DNA from: a virus
Length of the DNA: 64,000 bases
IMG/VR virus record: IMGVR_UViG_3300033559_000303
Coordinates: 35,938 to 99,937 of that record
Reading direction: 5' to 3' (one strand)
The notes under the pieces were generated by a model. That model did not search any database. It was not told the origin of the DNA and saw nothing but the letters and a program-made list of their open reading frames with translations. How positions within the stretch are numbered: position 1 is the first letter of the stretch; every line of letters begins with the position of its first letter. Positions 18,125-27,816 of the stretch are shown in pieces. A program made the translations under genes and the position numbers.

Positions 18125-18502
18125 TCACTGAAAAAATCCAGCGCGCTCAAGCCTCATGATAGCCGCGCCTCTCTTACCTATATTACTCCCGTGAGTGTTT
18201 CTAACTCTATCCAATGGATCAATTACCCTACTCGGTAGGTGACTCAATGCATCTTTAGATGGCCATACAGCACTTTTACTAACACCAGGTAGTTCTTTTA
18301 TAGCATTATTATATCTGTAAGTTTTTACCTCGGAAACCCTTTTACCCCTAACTAACATTTTCCTAAAATCATCAATCTTACCTGATCTAACATTGTCAAC
18401 ACCCTTTTCAATAAATGCTTGGGACAACGTGCGTGGTGTCATAAGAGCCACCTTCTCCAACTCATCGTTGAAAGCTTCTTCGTAAATTTTATTGTAATCC
18501 AT
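18125..18502 (-). CDS. small basic protein with EKxA leader
   Basis: MDYNKIYEEAFNDELEKVA. Confidence 0.75.
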   Translation of the reverse strand: MDYNKIYEEAFNDELEKVALMTPRTLSQAFIEKGVDNVRSGKIDDFRKMLVRGKRVSEVKTYRYNNAIKELPGVSKSAVWPSKDALSHLPSRVIDPLDRVRNTHGSNIGKRGAAIMRLERAGFFQ

Positions 18503-18567
18503 TTTCTACCCCTTTATTACTGCATAATATTAAATAAAATACATCTAAACCTATAAAAACTCAAATA

Positions 18568-19020
18568 TTATTTAACCCCAAAAGCCCGCATAATATGCTT
18601 AAGCGGGTGCTCCTGGTCAGCCTGTTCAACTTGCTCAACTTCAAGCGCATCGGTTGAATCTATAACAACCACAATAGACGAATCACTCACAATTGGTATA
18701 GAGTCATCAGCATATGCCGCTGGAGATGCTATACTCAACAGCAATGCAGCGGTAGTTGTAGCCACCCCTGACTGTATCAACCCACCAAGAAGACTTGGAG
18801 CAGCAATGCCAGCGGATATCGCATTCCGGAAATCCCCCGGGGCCACAACAAGTGTTCCAATGACACCAACAACACCAGAGGCAAGGCATCCAATAAAAAA
18901 GAATACACTAACCAGGCTGTAATCACCAGATTTAATAGTGGTTGCTAGTTCAAGTAGTGATATTGTCATACCGCCTATAAATCCACCAAGTAATGCCTCT
19001 TTTGTGATACTTATTTTCAT
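18568..19020 (-). CDS. membrane protein (possible lysis accessory)
   Basis: 3-4 hydrophobic helices, near the endolysin. Confidence 0.6.
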   Translation of the reverse strand: MKISITKEALLGGFIGGMTISLLELATTIKSGDYSLVSVFFFIGCLASGVVGVIGTLVVAPGDFRNAISAGIAAPSLLGGLIQSGVATTTAALLLSIASPAAYADDSIPIVSDSSIVVVIDSTDALEVEQVEQADQEHPLKHIMRAFGVK

Positions 19021-19036
19021 ATCATACCCCTATTTA

Positions 19037-19468
19037 TTAATATGACGGTGTAGCCGCATAGCTTGATCTTTGTACAGGTGTTGCGGCATAATGCGACCCC
19101 TGACCAACACCCTTGGATGGAACTGCGGCAACTGGACGTGGTGCATTTGGCACTGATTGATATCCGCCCTTACGAGGTATATACTGATTAAGCCTCTCCC
19201 TGGGTATATCACCGCGCCATGTTGGATTGGCGGCTTTGAATTGCTTATAAGCATTTCCAAGATCACCTTGCAAAGCTGGCATCGGCTTAGCGTACTCTGA
19301 TCGTATCGCATTAATTTGATTCTGTGTCATTGGTTTAATAGGAGTTGCTGCAAACGGTTTTGCAACCCCTTGACTCATTTTCCTACCAAGGCTTAAAAGG
19401 TGTTTAGCAAAAGCCTCTTTTTCAAGCTCATAGCCATAGAGTAAAGTTTCATATGTAACCTTATGCAT
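19037..19468 (-). CDS. putative virion protein with EKEA leader
   Basis: MHKVTYETLLYGYELEKEA followed by basic low-complexity sequence. Confidence 0.65.
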   Translation of the reverse strand: MHKVTYETLLYGYELEKEAFAKHLLSLGRKMSQGVAKPFAATPIKPMTQNQINAIRSEYAKPMPALQGDLGNAYKQFKAANPTWRGDIPRERLNQYIPRKGGYQSVPNAPRPVAAVPSKGVGQGSHYAATPVQRSSYAATPSY

Positions 19469-19473
19469 ATTAT

Positions 19474-20841
19474 TTACACCCCTGGAAAAACCCTTGGATT
19501 AGTGATATTCATTTTTTTAGCTATTCCAGCCGCTGATTTAAGCTCTCTGACGCGATCCATTCCCGGTTTAGCTTTTCCAATGGCAGTAACAAGCTCAGAC
19601 ACTACCTTCTGAGGGTTTGCCGCAAGCAACCTTGCCATCTTACGCATGTAAGTAGGAGTCTCAATGGAGCTCATATCAAAAGTTCTCTCAGGTGGTTTTG
19701 GTGTGGCAGCGATTGCTGATTTGATTTCACCTTTTCTATAATAAGCCGGCATAGCTGTTCCGGAAACATCTTTTGGCATTGGCCGTATATCCTGTTTTCC
19801 AGCTATATCAGGCCTTGACAGGGAAGGTATGCTACTACGCATTGCCTGAACTTTTTTTGTCTGTCTTTTGAGCGCGTCACGAGATGTGTTGCTCATCATG
19901 TTTCTGATGAACTTTGGTGTTTTACTTGCAGATTTTTCCATATTATTACTCCCATTATTTTTATAACTATCATACACATATTTACCAGCACCAGCGCCAA
20001 GAGCTAGGATACCAGCCCCCATAAGATTCCCGGGTATATAAGAAGCAAGGGCTGAACCCATCCTAGCCCTTCCAGCTTTACTTTTAATAACATCCTTAAA
20101 ACTTGGTCCTCTTACATGGGCCATTGTTTCCTCAACCATATTAATTCCAGGTATCTTTTTCATAAGAATTTCATAAAACCTACCCTTAGCGCTATCACCT
20201 TTATAAAATCTATTTCTAGCATGGCCCACTTCATGGCTGAAGATGTCACCTGGTATTGCATTTTTATTGCCAACAAGAATATTATTTGTTACAGGATCGT
20301 ATGCAGCGTTTCCACTCTGCATCATCCCCATAAGTTGATGCGCCAACGTTTCACCCTGGTTTTGTATTTTTGATAAATACTCTGGTTTAATTTTTCCGGA
20401 CTGCAACTGCTTTTTATTAAACGCAACCTCTTTAAATTTATTTGCGTAATCTTTGATAAAATTATCATAATCAACATCGGCACCAATGATGCCCATATTA
20501 CCAAGATTAACCTTTTTAAGGTAGTCTTTTGCCTGATCTGCAGTGAGCATTTTATCAGGAGTAATACCAGGGTAGCCAGCTAATCCAACATTCTTTACCG
20601 CAGCGGCAGTAGTAATAGGGGCTGCCATCATTCCAACGCCTAGGGACCCCATCCCATAACGCATTAACCTCTCACCTGTAGACATTTTGTTATCATCATT
20701 ATTTTGCATAGCAACCTTATCCGGTAGAGTTGAAATATTTTTAGTTGATTTTTTCCAATGTTTGTATGTGGCTGGACTGATTTCTCCAGTGCCAACCATC
20801 ATCTGAAACTTCTTCATTTGAGCTTTTGATTTAAATGGCAT
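19474..20841 (-). CDS. multi-segment virion protein with a zincin HExxH domain
   Basis: FSHEVGHAR...EETMAH; internal DKVA and EKSA sites. Confidence 0.65.
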   Translation of the reverse strand: MPFKSKAQMKKFQMMVGTGEISPATYKHWKKSTKNISTLPDKVAMQNNDDNKMSTGERLMRYGMGSLGVGMMAAPITTAAAVKNVGLAGYPGITPDKMLTADQAKDYLKKVNLGNMGIIGADVDYDNFIKDYANKFKEVAFNKKQLQSGKIKPEYLSKIQNQGETLAHQLMGMMQSGNAAYDPVTNNILVGNKNAIPGDIFSHEVGHARNRFYKGDSAKGRFYEILMKKIPGINMVEETMAHVRGPSFKDVIKSKAGRARMGSALASYIPGNLMGAGILALGAGAGKYVYDSYKNNGSNNMEKSASKTPKFIRNMMSNTSRDALKRQTKKVQAMRSSIPSLSRPDIAGKQDIRPMPKDVSGTAMPAYYRKGEIKSAIAATPKPPERTFDMSSIETPTYMRKMARLLAANPQKVVSELVTAIGKAKPGMDRVRELKSAAGIAKKMNITNPRVFPGV

Positions 20842-21488
20842 TACAAACTCACAACCTGGTATGTTTTACCACCATCAAGTGATTGCATAAACTGTCCATT
20901 AACAGAGAACCCAACCGCATCAGCAAGCCCGGTACTCATGACAAATTTCTTATTATTCGACATATGAAGCCATCCACTACCACCAGCGCCAGTCTCATAT
21001 ATAATCTGGCCATAGGTAATATTTAATTTTCCTGTTTTTACCCCAACTCGAATACGCTCAAACACATCACGGACATCAACACCAATAGGGATGATATCAG
21101 CAGCTCCAGCCCCATAAGTGAAGTAGTCACCAAAACGTTTTTTGTCAGCATCATTAGTTATTTTGATAGCATTTGCAAAGAAGTGATCTGATCGCACGGA
21201 TGGGTTGTACCCCTGCTTGCGAAGCCTCTCAATATCAGATTCAAGGCGCATACCAGAATTAACCTTCATTGGAATATTCTTTTTATATTCCTTTGTAAGA
21301 AAATCCTTAACAGGCTGGAGAACATTGTCACACAATACTTGGAGAAGGTACTTATTAGAAAGGCTTAACTCTTCCCAGGTAATACCATTAAGAAATTCTG
21401 ATGCACTGAAATTATTTGACAGTTTCATTTCAATCCCCTTATTAAGAATAGGCAGGGCTGTATGAAACAAACCCTGCCTATATAACAC
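20841..21488 (-). CDS. peptidase M15-like endolysin (start probably MKLSNNF)
   Basis: LSNNFSASEF, VNSGMR, SDH, AADI, WLHMS. Confidence 0.8.
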   Translation of the reverse strand: MLYRQGLFHTALPILNKGIEMKLSNNFSASEFLNGITWEELSLSNKYLLQVLCDNVLQPVKDFLTKEYKKNIPMKVNSGMRLESDIERLRKQGYNPSVRSDHFFANAIKITNDADKKRFGDYFTYGAGAADIIPIGVDVRDVFERIRVGVKTGKLNITYGQIIYETGAGGSGWLHMSNNKKFVMSTGLADAVGFSVNGQFMQSLDGGKTYQVVSL

Positions 21489-21502
21489 CTATCACAACAA
21501 TT

Positions 21503-22225
21503 TTAACCCTGCGCGTTTGAAGCGCTGACAATCTGTACAGGCCGAACTCTTACGAATTCAGCATTGACAGACTCGGCAATAACAGTTGACTGAGAAGCCA
21601 TAGCAAAGCTATGAGAACTCAGTCTTACCTCTTCAAAGTAAACTGCTGAAACATTCTGATCCTTGGCATCTCTGAAATACATCATAAGACCAAGAGGAAG
21701 CTCAAGGAGTTTTGACGCAAAGTTAAGCTGAATACCGCCATATCCAACATCTTCGGTAGAAATAGCAAGTGTCGATGAATCACTAAGGGTGGCTACACCA
21801 TTACTTGCACCAACAGAAGGTGGTGTTGTTACTTTCATCTCACCGGCAGTTATCATCCTAAGAAGAGATGGTCCATCAAACATCATTCTACTGATGCTGA
21901 ATCCACCAACTGTTCTACCCGGGATAATATAACTCAGTTTCGACCCGATTTCAAACACACGCTGAAGTGCACGACTCTGCTGAACGCTCATCTGTTCAAT
22001 AAGGCCGATCGGTACAACATTAATTTCCGACCCAGCTGCCCCAGCACTATCAAGGCTTACCGGGCCAGCGCAGATAAGCACAGTCCCAGCCTCAATGAAG
22101 TCGAGACCCTGACGATCACGGACGGTCGGGGCTCCAGTTGTTTCATTTAATGAAATCTGGGACACATGTTTCGTGTTAGGCTCCCACGAACCAATGTCTC
22201 CAGATATAGCATTCCAGTCACTCAT
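21503..22225 (-). CDS. tail tube protein
   Basis: immediately after the sheath; LQRVFEIGS..YIIPGRT pattern. Confidence 0.7.
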   Translation of the reverse strand: MSDWNAISGDIGSWEPNTKHVSQISLNETTGAPTVRDRQGLDFIEAGTVLICAGPVSLDSAGAAGSEINVVPIGLIEQMSVQQSRALQRVFEIGSKLSYIIPGRTVGGFSISRMMFDGPSLLRMITAGEMKVTTPPSVGASNGVATLSDSSTLAISTEDVGYGGIQLNFASKLLELPLGLMMYFRDAKDQNVSAVYFEEVRLSSHSFAMASQSTVIAESVNAEFVRVRPVQIVSASNAQG

Positions 22226-22243
22226 AATATTTTTCTCCTATTC

Positions 22244-24745
22244 TTATGATTTGATATTCAGTGTAATGTCATAGTAGTTACCAGCGACATAAACAGTGAT
22301 ATCGATAAGAATATTAATCTTATCTTTAATCTCCGTATCACGAGTGATCGAAGTAACCTTTGCAGTGTACACAATCTTATCACCTGAATCGCCAAGTTTT
22401 CTTGAAACTGCATCACCGATAGTCTGAAGGAACTCAATCAGAGCCGGGGTGATATTGTACTTGCCAGGATACGGAGCAAACGCTGTGCGGAAAGTCTTAG
22501 CCGCAACGTCAGCCTGCTTTGTGATTGACCATTCACGGTATTCGATCGCATCCATGTTCGATGTCAGCGAGTGACGCGAATAGATACTCTGTGATACCTG
22601 ACTGTCCTGAACAAGGATATCAATTCCACCACCACCGATAACATCAAGCTCATCCTTCCAGAAGTAGAAGTTAGTCTCAAGTTTGTAGTTTGAGAAACCT
22701 GGTATTCCGAAGTTGAATCTTGTAAGTGACTGGCTTGGGTTAACAAGGCTGTCATAACCGGTAATTGCAGCTGCAATGTAGTACGGAGGAACATTTTCCA
22801 ACGTCTCACCATTGAAGTCAGCCTGGAACCACCCTGGCCAGATTGCCTTGATTCGACGATTTCCGTACCTGATGTTTCTGATAGCCTCAGCCTTTGCCTG
22901 GCGTCCACCACGAAGGAATTTAACACTTACAGCAGATGTAAAGTTGCTGTCAACACTTACAGTTGTTGAAGTTGAAGGTGTAAGAGTAACTTTCCCTTCG
23001 ACAATCAAGGCACCTGCAGCATCATACCCAAGAACATCATCTCCGGCAGTAACACCGTTGGCAAGAAGGTCAAGAGCACCATCAACAGTAAGGACTGCGG
23101 CGGTTGTTGCACTATTAACAGTATCAACCCCAATGTTGAACACATCAAGCTGGTCATACCCAAGGATTGCAACGCGCTCATGAGCCTGGTAAGGCGCAGC
23201 TTCAGCGTCACAATACGGACCCATAAGGGCGTTTACGCCAGGGTCAGTTGTTCCGATTGCATGACTGTACACATCAACCATCTTCATTTCATCAAGAGCT
23301 GCAGCATATTCACCAGCGAGGTTATCAGAAGCAGAGTTTACATTTACACCGTAAACAGCACTTCCACCGATCGAAAGCTGAATGAGAAGCATCATAGCAA
23401 GATCATTGTAGACGCTGATGTTTTCATCCTTCGAGTAGAAGTTTGTAATGTCTGCCGGCCCGGTTATACGGTGGCGAACAAGATTCTCCTCAGCTCTGAT
23501 TGCACGGTAGTCGGCAAGAATGTCATTCGAGACGATCGTTGTCCAAGCTGTGACATACTGCGCATTCACAGATCCCGGGTTACCATCAAGATTCAGAGTG
23601 TAGGTAGCACCATTATCTATGATATCAGTGATCTCGAGGAACCCATCAGCAGGGTCGGCATTAACATCAGCAACAGTGAAGGCAACCTTGTCGCCAACCT
23701 TAAGTGCGCTGGTATTAACATTCTTTGCGATATTAACAGAGCTTGAAGTAGCCCCGGAAGCGGTAAAGCCACCAGCACCTTCGAAATTGAGATTCTTTGA
23801 GAATCCAACAAGTCTCGAGATTTTGTATTCGCTGAGTTTTGCAGTTCCACCAAGCGTTGCATCGGTGAAGTTGAATACTTTTTTAATATCCATTGTCCAG
23901 TCAGCCGCAGCCTCAGTACTGATAAACAGTGTGTTTGCGTTGATAACCGAGAAGACAGATGCCTTACCGGTAGCCGCAAGCGCATTAGCCTCAAATTCGA
24001 TAACATCACCAGACTTAACAAAAAGATTGGTAAAGTTAACGGAAGGGTCATACACCGTATTCGGAGTATCGAGTGAAGCTGTAGAAGCTGCACCGACATA
24101 TATCGCATCAACCTCAGTTGCAAGCAGTGCTGCACTGTAAGCGCTGGCAAGCTTGATAACTGTACCATTCTGAAGGATTGCTGATACTGTTCCAATTTCG
24201 TAATCTCCAGCGGTCTTTCCTTCACTATTATTTATAGTAAGGAAAACACGCTGACCCTGGACAAGATTGGCACCTGAAATATTAACACCATTCAGGATAA
24301 CCTTATCAAGGCTTGATGCAGCAATCGCTGCAATTCCATCTGTGATATTTTTGTAGTACGGCATATAAGCCTTACTCAAGCCAACGGCTGCAGATGCACC
24401 CGGGATATTGTAAGTGGCTTTGGCAGGGATGGATGCTCCGGAGGTGCTGAGTGTTACATCATCTGTAATCTCAATCGTTCCGAAATCATCAGTCTGCACA
24501 AAAACTTTTGAAGGATAAAAGTCAAATACGCGATCGCCTGCAACATCTCTGTTGTAAACAACCGGATTTTCACCTATCCATCCTGCAATCACATCGTCAA
24601 GGCCTACAGACGAATCAAGCAACTCTTTGCTGTACACGTCGTAAGCAGTACCGATTGATACAGGCGCCAAGTTGTCAATAGCCACTGCAGGAGGGCTAAG
24701 CTCAAACTGTTGTCTAACAGACACGTTAGGTCCACGATAAGACAT
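22244..24745 (-). CDS. contractile tail sheath protein
   Basis: 833 aa; N-terminal YRGPNVSVRQ; C-terminal PPYYIAAAITG..EWSITKQAD..NYYDITLNI. Confidence 0.8.
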   Translation of the reverse strand: MSYRGPNVSVRQQFELSPPAVAIDNLAPVSIGTAYDVYSKELLDSSVGLDDVIAGWIGENPVVYNRDVAGDRVFDFYPSKVFVQTDDFGTIEITDDVTLSTSGASIPAKATYNIPGASAAVGLSKAYMPYYKNITDGIAAIAASSLDKVILNGVNISGANLVQGQRVFLTINNSEGKTAGDYEIGTVSAILQNGTVIKLASAYSAALLATEVDAIYVGAASTASLDTPNTVYDPSVNFTNLFVKSGDVIEFEANALAATGKASVFSVINANTLFISTEAAADWTMDIKKVFNFTDATLGGTAKLSEYKISRLVGFSKNLNFEGAGGFTASGATSSSVNIAKNVNTSALKVGDKVAFTVADVNADPADGFLEITDIIDNGATYTLNLDGNPGSVNAQYVTAWTTIVSNDILADYRAIRAEENLVRHRITGPADITNFYSKDENISVYNDLAMMLLIQLSIGGSAVYGVNVNSASDNLAGEYAAALDEMKMVDVYSHAIGTTDPGVNALMGPYCDAEAAPYQAHERVAILGYDQLDVFNIGVDTVNSATTAAVLTVDGALDLLANGVTAGDDVLGYDAAGALIVEGKVTLTPSTSTTVSVDSNFTSAVSVKFLRGGRQAKAEAIRNIRYGNRRIKAIWPGWFQADFNGETLENVPPYYIAAAITGYDSLVNPSQSLTRFNFGIPGFSNYKLETNFYFWKDELDVIGGGGIDILVQDSQVSQSIYSRHSLTSNMDAIEYREWSITKQADVAAKTFRTAFAPYPGKYNITPALIEFLQTIGDAVSRKLGDSGDKIVYTAKVTSITRDTEIKDKINILIDITVYVAGNYYDITLNIKS

Positions 24746-24767
24746 ATTTTTCTCCTTATTTTAAATA

Positions 24768-25691
24768 CTACCCATTCTTATTTGGAATCACCATACGGAT
24801 ATACGGTTTATTCCAATGGATTTTATAACTCACATCATTTCTTTCTTCATCAAAAGCAAAGTCAATCATATCACCCTTTTCATTCGAAATAGCAAGTCTC
24901 AACATGTTGTTATTTACAACGTTTTTCAGCATATATGGTTGACCTTCTATTACAATGAAATAAAAACCCTTATCAACATTTTCAGTTGTCAGCTGTGGAA
25001 TACTATCATCAGTTGAGCCGAAAAGTGCATTAGTATCTTTCAAGATTGAACTGTTCTTAAAAACCTGCCCTGTTTCCGACTCGTATACCACAACTCCAGT
25101 ACCCCTGATTTCCATCGTTTCCCATAATATTTCCGCTGGATCAACTGCCTCATACCATCCAATAATCAGAACCGCACTTATTACACCGGTAGCCTCCCAC
25201 ACATGGATCTCTGAATCCACCTGATTCGCCACCGGTTGCTCAGGATTAAGCTGAACCTGCCGTATTTCATGAATGTAGTCAATCTTTTCAGAGAACTTAT
25301 GCCTGTGCATATGTATGTTATGCACAGCGAATGCAAGAAGGTTTGATGCTTCATCAGCTGCGCCGGCATTCACTGTAATCATCAGATTCATATTGACCAG
25401 GTCAGCTCTTACCGGTTCATCAAAGACATTCTTGTTAGCACTCACAAGATTATCAAGTACACGGTTTTGAGGAACAGCCGCACCTTTTGTCACCACAATC
25501 GACGGGCGACTCAACGATTTCGAATCATCTGTTGAAAATGACTTGCTTATTCGTATCAAAGAGCGCTTATCGTCTGCATCCCACTTATATTCAGGTGGAG
25601 CTAATGCCGACTTAGAGAACAGCCATTGCAGAAAGCTTATAACCTGCTTTACTATATCAGTGGTCGGTGCATTTCCAAGACTGTTTTCCAT
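24768..25691 (-). CDS. tail completion/neck-like protein
   Basis: position upstream of the sheath; RPSIVV motif. Confidence 0.5.
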   Translation of the reverse strand: MENSLGNAPTTDIVKQVISFLQWLFSKSALAPPEYKWDADDKRSLIRISKSFSTDDSKSLSRPSIVVTKGAAVPQNRVLDNLVSANKNVFDEPVRADLVNMNLMITVNAGAADEASNLLAFAVHNIHMHRHKFSEKIDYIHEIRQVQLNPEQPVANQVDSEIHVWEATGVISAVLIIGWYEAVDPAEILWETMEIRGTGVVVYESETGQVFKNSSILKDTNALFGSTDDSIPQLTTENVDKGFYFIVIEGQPYMLKNVVNNNMLRLAISNEKGDMIDFAFDEERNDVSYKIHWNKPYIRMVIPNKNG

Positions 25692-25737
25692 AATTAAAAA
25701 TAATTCAAGACCTATCTAATATCAATCTAAATCATCA

Positions 25738-26673
25738 TTATGATTGAAGATTGACTCTCGAGTAAAAAGAAAGCGGATCCACCTTGTTATTGTATTCCGC
25801 ATGTACATGTGCAAGATCCACCATATCCTTATAAAATCGGATCTCATCGATACTTCCTATAAACCTGCCAGAATCACCCTCATCGTCGTCTGACCCGATA
25901 TATGTGTTGCTTTGCGGCACATAAACATCAAGCGGATCAATCTCAAGGCTTACACCGGCTACCCCATTATGCATAACATCAAACTTATCAAGAGTGTTGT
26001 ATGTCAGTACAATATGATGCCAGTCACCCTCTGATATACCCTCGATCGCCGCGGATGCGTACTCTGCACCACCAGGGGTCTTAACAGTAAGGATTAAATC
26101 TCTATCAGCATTGATCAGGAGCTTGCACCATACATCAGTATTGTTGGAGTTAGTAAAAATAAACTTCTCATCTACCCCTGACAGATCAGACGCTTTAAAC
26201 CAGATATCAACACTGAACCCGGCTATTCCGTACAGATCCTGTGTAAATTTGAGGTTATTAGCACCATTTAATACGGCAGCCTTGCCGATCATCCCACTTT
26301 CATATGATATTGCATCACCTGAAACAGCTGGGTTATTGCCGTTCCCGGTGATATCATCAGGTGTATCATTTGCAAATGGAATAACGGCGGCTGCTTTTAC
26401 TATTGTCCAGATGTCATCATTGTCTGACACACCCATGCCAGAGGCTATAAAGAATTCATTGGGATTTTCGGTATCCAGTGTCTTCTGAAAATACGCCTCA
26501 AGAATTTTATTACCAATATTCAGGGTAAGGCTGTGACGCTTGATAGCTTCATTAAGTTCTATGTCAGCAAAGAACTTAACCTCACCAGGTTGAGCCCCAG
26601 CACTCAGGTTTGCCCAGTACTCATCCGGAAGCTGCCCACCATTGAAGTAGGTAATAAAATTTGTGATCAACAT
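25738..26673 (-). CDS. LamG/concanavalin-like virion protein
   Basis: FSVDIWFK, WHHIVLTY, FIGSIDEIRFY. Confidence 0.8.
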   Translation of the reverse strand: MLITNFITYFNGGQLPDEYWANLSAGAQPGEVKFFADIELNEAIKRHSLTLNIGNKILEAYFQKTLDTENPNEFFIASGMGVSDNDDIWTIVKAAAVIPFANDTPDDITGNGNNPAVSGDAISYESGMIGKAAVLNGANNLKFTQDLYGIAGFSVDIWFKASDLSGVDEKFIFTNSNNTDVWCKLLINADRDLILTVKTPGGAEYASAAIEGISEGDWHHIVLTYNTLDKFDVMHNGVAGVSLEIDPLDVYVPQSNTYIGSDDDEGDSGRFIGSIDEIRFYKDMVDLAHVHAEYNNKVDPLSFYSRVNLQS

Positions 26674-26674
26674 T

Positions 26675-27079
26675 TTACATACTCTCCCACTCTGTGCTAT
26701 CCCAGGTAATATCCATAACTTGATCAGTGCTGGTGCAATTATTAATGCACGCCTGTTTTTTCATCAACTTCACATACTGGTCAACACCCCAGTCTGAAAT
26801 ACTATCAATTAAAGCATCTAATTCAACCGGTGTACCTGCAAGATTAACATTATGCACACCATCACGAATATAACATGTCACCACACCCTTACGCTTATAG
26901 TAATCCCTAATCTCCTTAAGATCTGACAGTGTTGATCTACCACCAACTATTGTCACCGGGCTTCCGGCGTATGTGAAGCTGCTGCCGTTGCCTATCACAG
27001 CCTCAAAGATTGATTCCAACTCATTAGCTCTTCCAGCCTTAACCCCGAGCAGGTGATCTGCGCTTGTAACCATTTCCAT
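26675..27079 (-). CDS. tail-fibre chaperone-like protein (DUF4376-like)
   Basis: C-terminal INNCTSTDQVMDITW, fibre context. Confidence 0.5.
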   Translation of the reverse strand: MEMVTSADHLLGVKAGRANELESIFEAVIGNGSSFTYAGSPVTIVGGRSTLSDLKEIRDYYKRKGVVTCYIRDGVHNVNLAGTPVELDALIDSISDWGVDQYVKLMKKQACINNCTSTDQVMDITWDSTEWESM

Positions 27080-27135
27080 ATCCCCTTGTTTGTTTTAATA
27101 AAATACTTATTTCACACTGATATGCACAGTATAAT

Positions 27136-27813
27136 TTAACATATTATAACTCTTCTTGCTGATACAGCTGCAGCTTCTCTTATTTCTACAGCATGCAATC
27201 CAGCTTGGAAATTTGAAGCAGCCGTACTAACAGAAGACAATATATTCCCAGCACTCAACGGTGTTCTACTGGTGTGCCCATACATCTTACCATTGTATGT
27301 TGTCTCCTGAAAATCGAGAGTGCCGGCATTATAATCTACAGAGTTGACCGTGAATTTTGTAGCATCATACTGAGACGTATGCCCGACATATATCAGCGAG
27401 TTACTCTGTACTGTAAGAGTCCCCTCCCTCGGTGTATTAGCTAGCTCATTAATAAGGCTATTGCCAAACCCAGAACCTCCTGTATAAGATTGAATCGCTG
27501 AAGCAATTGGAAAAGCCTGTGTACCATTTAATACTACTTGAAATGTATTAGACCCATCTGGTGGATTTACTAATCCAAATACACCAACAGCATTAACTGG
27601 CCCAAATGAATAGTTCAACTGTTGAATAATAGTCATTGCCTGGCCACCATATGAGGCGCTCGCATAAGAAGAGGATTGGCCAGATCCACTATACTGAGCA
27701 ACAATAGCTAATATAAGCTTTCCACTACCAGCATCTTGCGTGTGAGACCTGGAAAAAGTACTCCCTGAACCGGATAGTGTCCCTGTAGACTTGGTCCCTA
27801 TTACTATTGGCAT
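27136..27813 (-). CDS. beta-rich fibre-associated protein
   Basis: S/T/G-rich, follows the long fibre gene. Confidence 0.55.
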   Translation of the reverse strand: MPIVIGTKSTGTLSGSGSTFSRSHTQDAGSGKLILAIVAQYSGSGQSSSYASASYGGQAMTIIQQLNYSFGPVNAVGVFGLVNPPDGSNTFQVVLNGTQAFPIASAIQSYTGGSGFGNSLINELANTPREGTLTVQSNSLIYVGHTSQYDATKFTVNSVDYNAGTLDFQETTYNGKMYGHTSRTPLSAGNILSSVSTAASNFQAGLHAVEIREAAAVSARRVIIC

Positions 27814-27816
27814 GTG

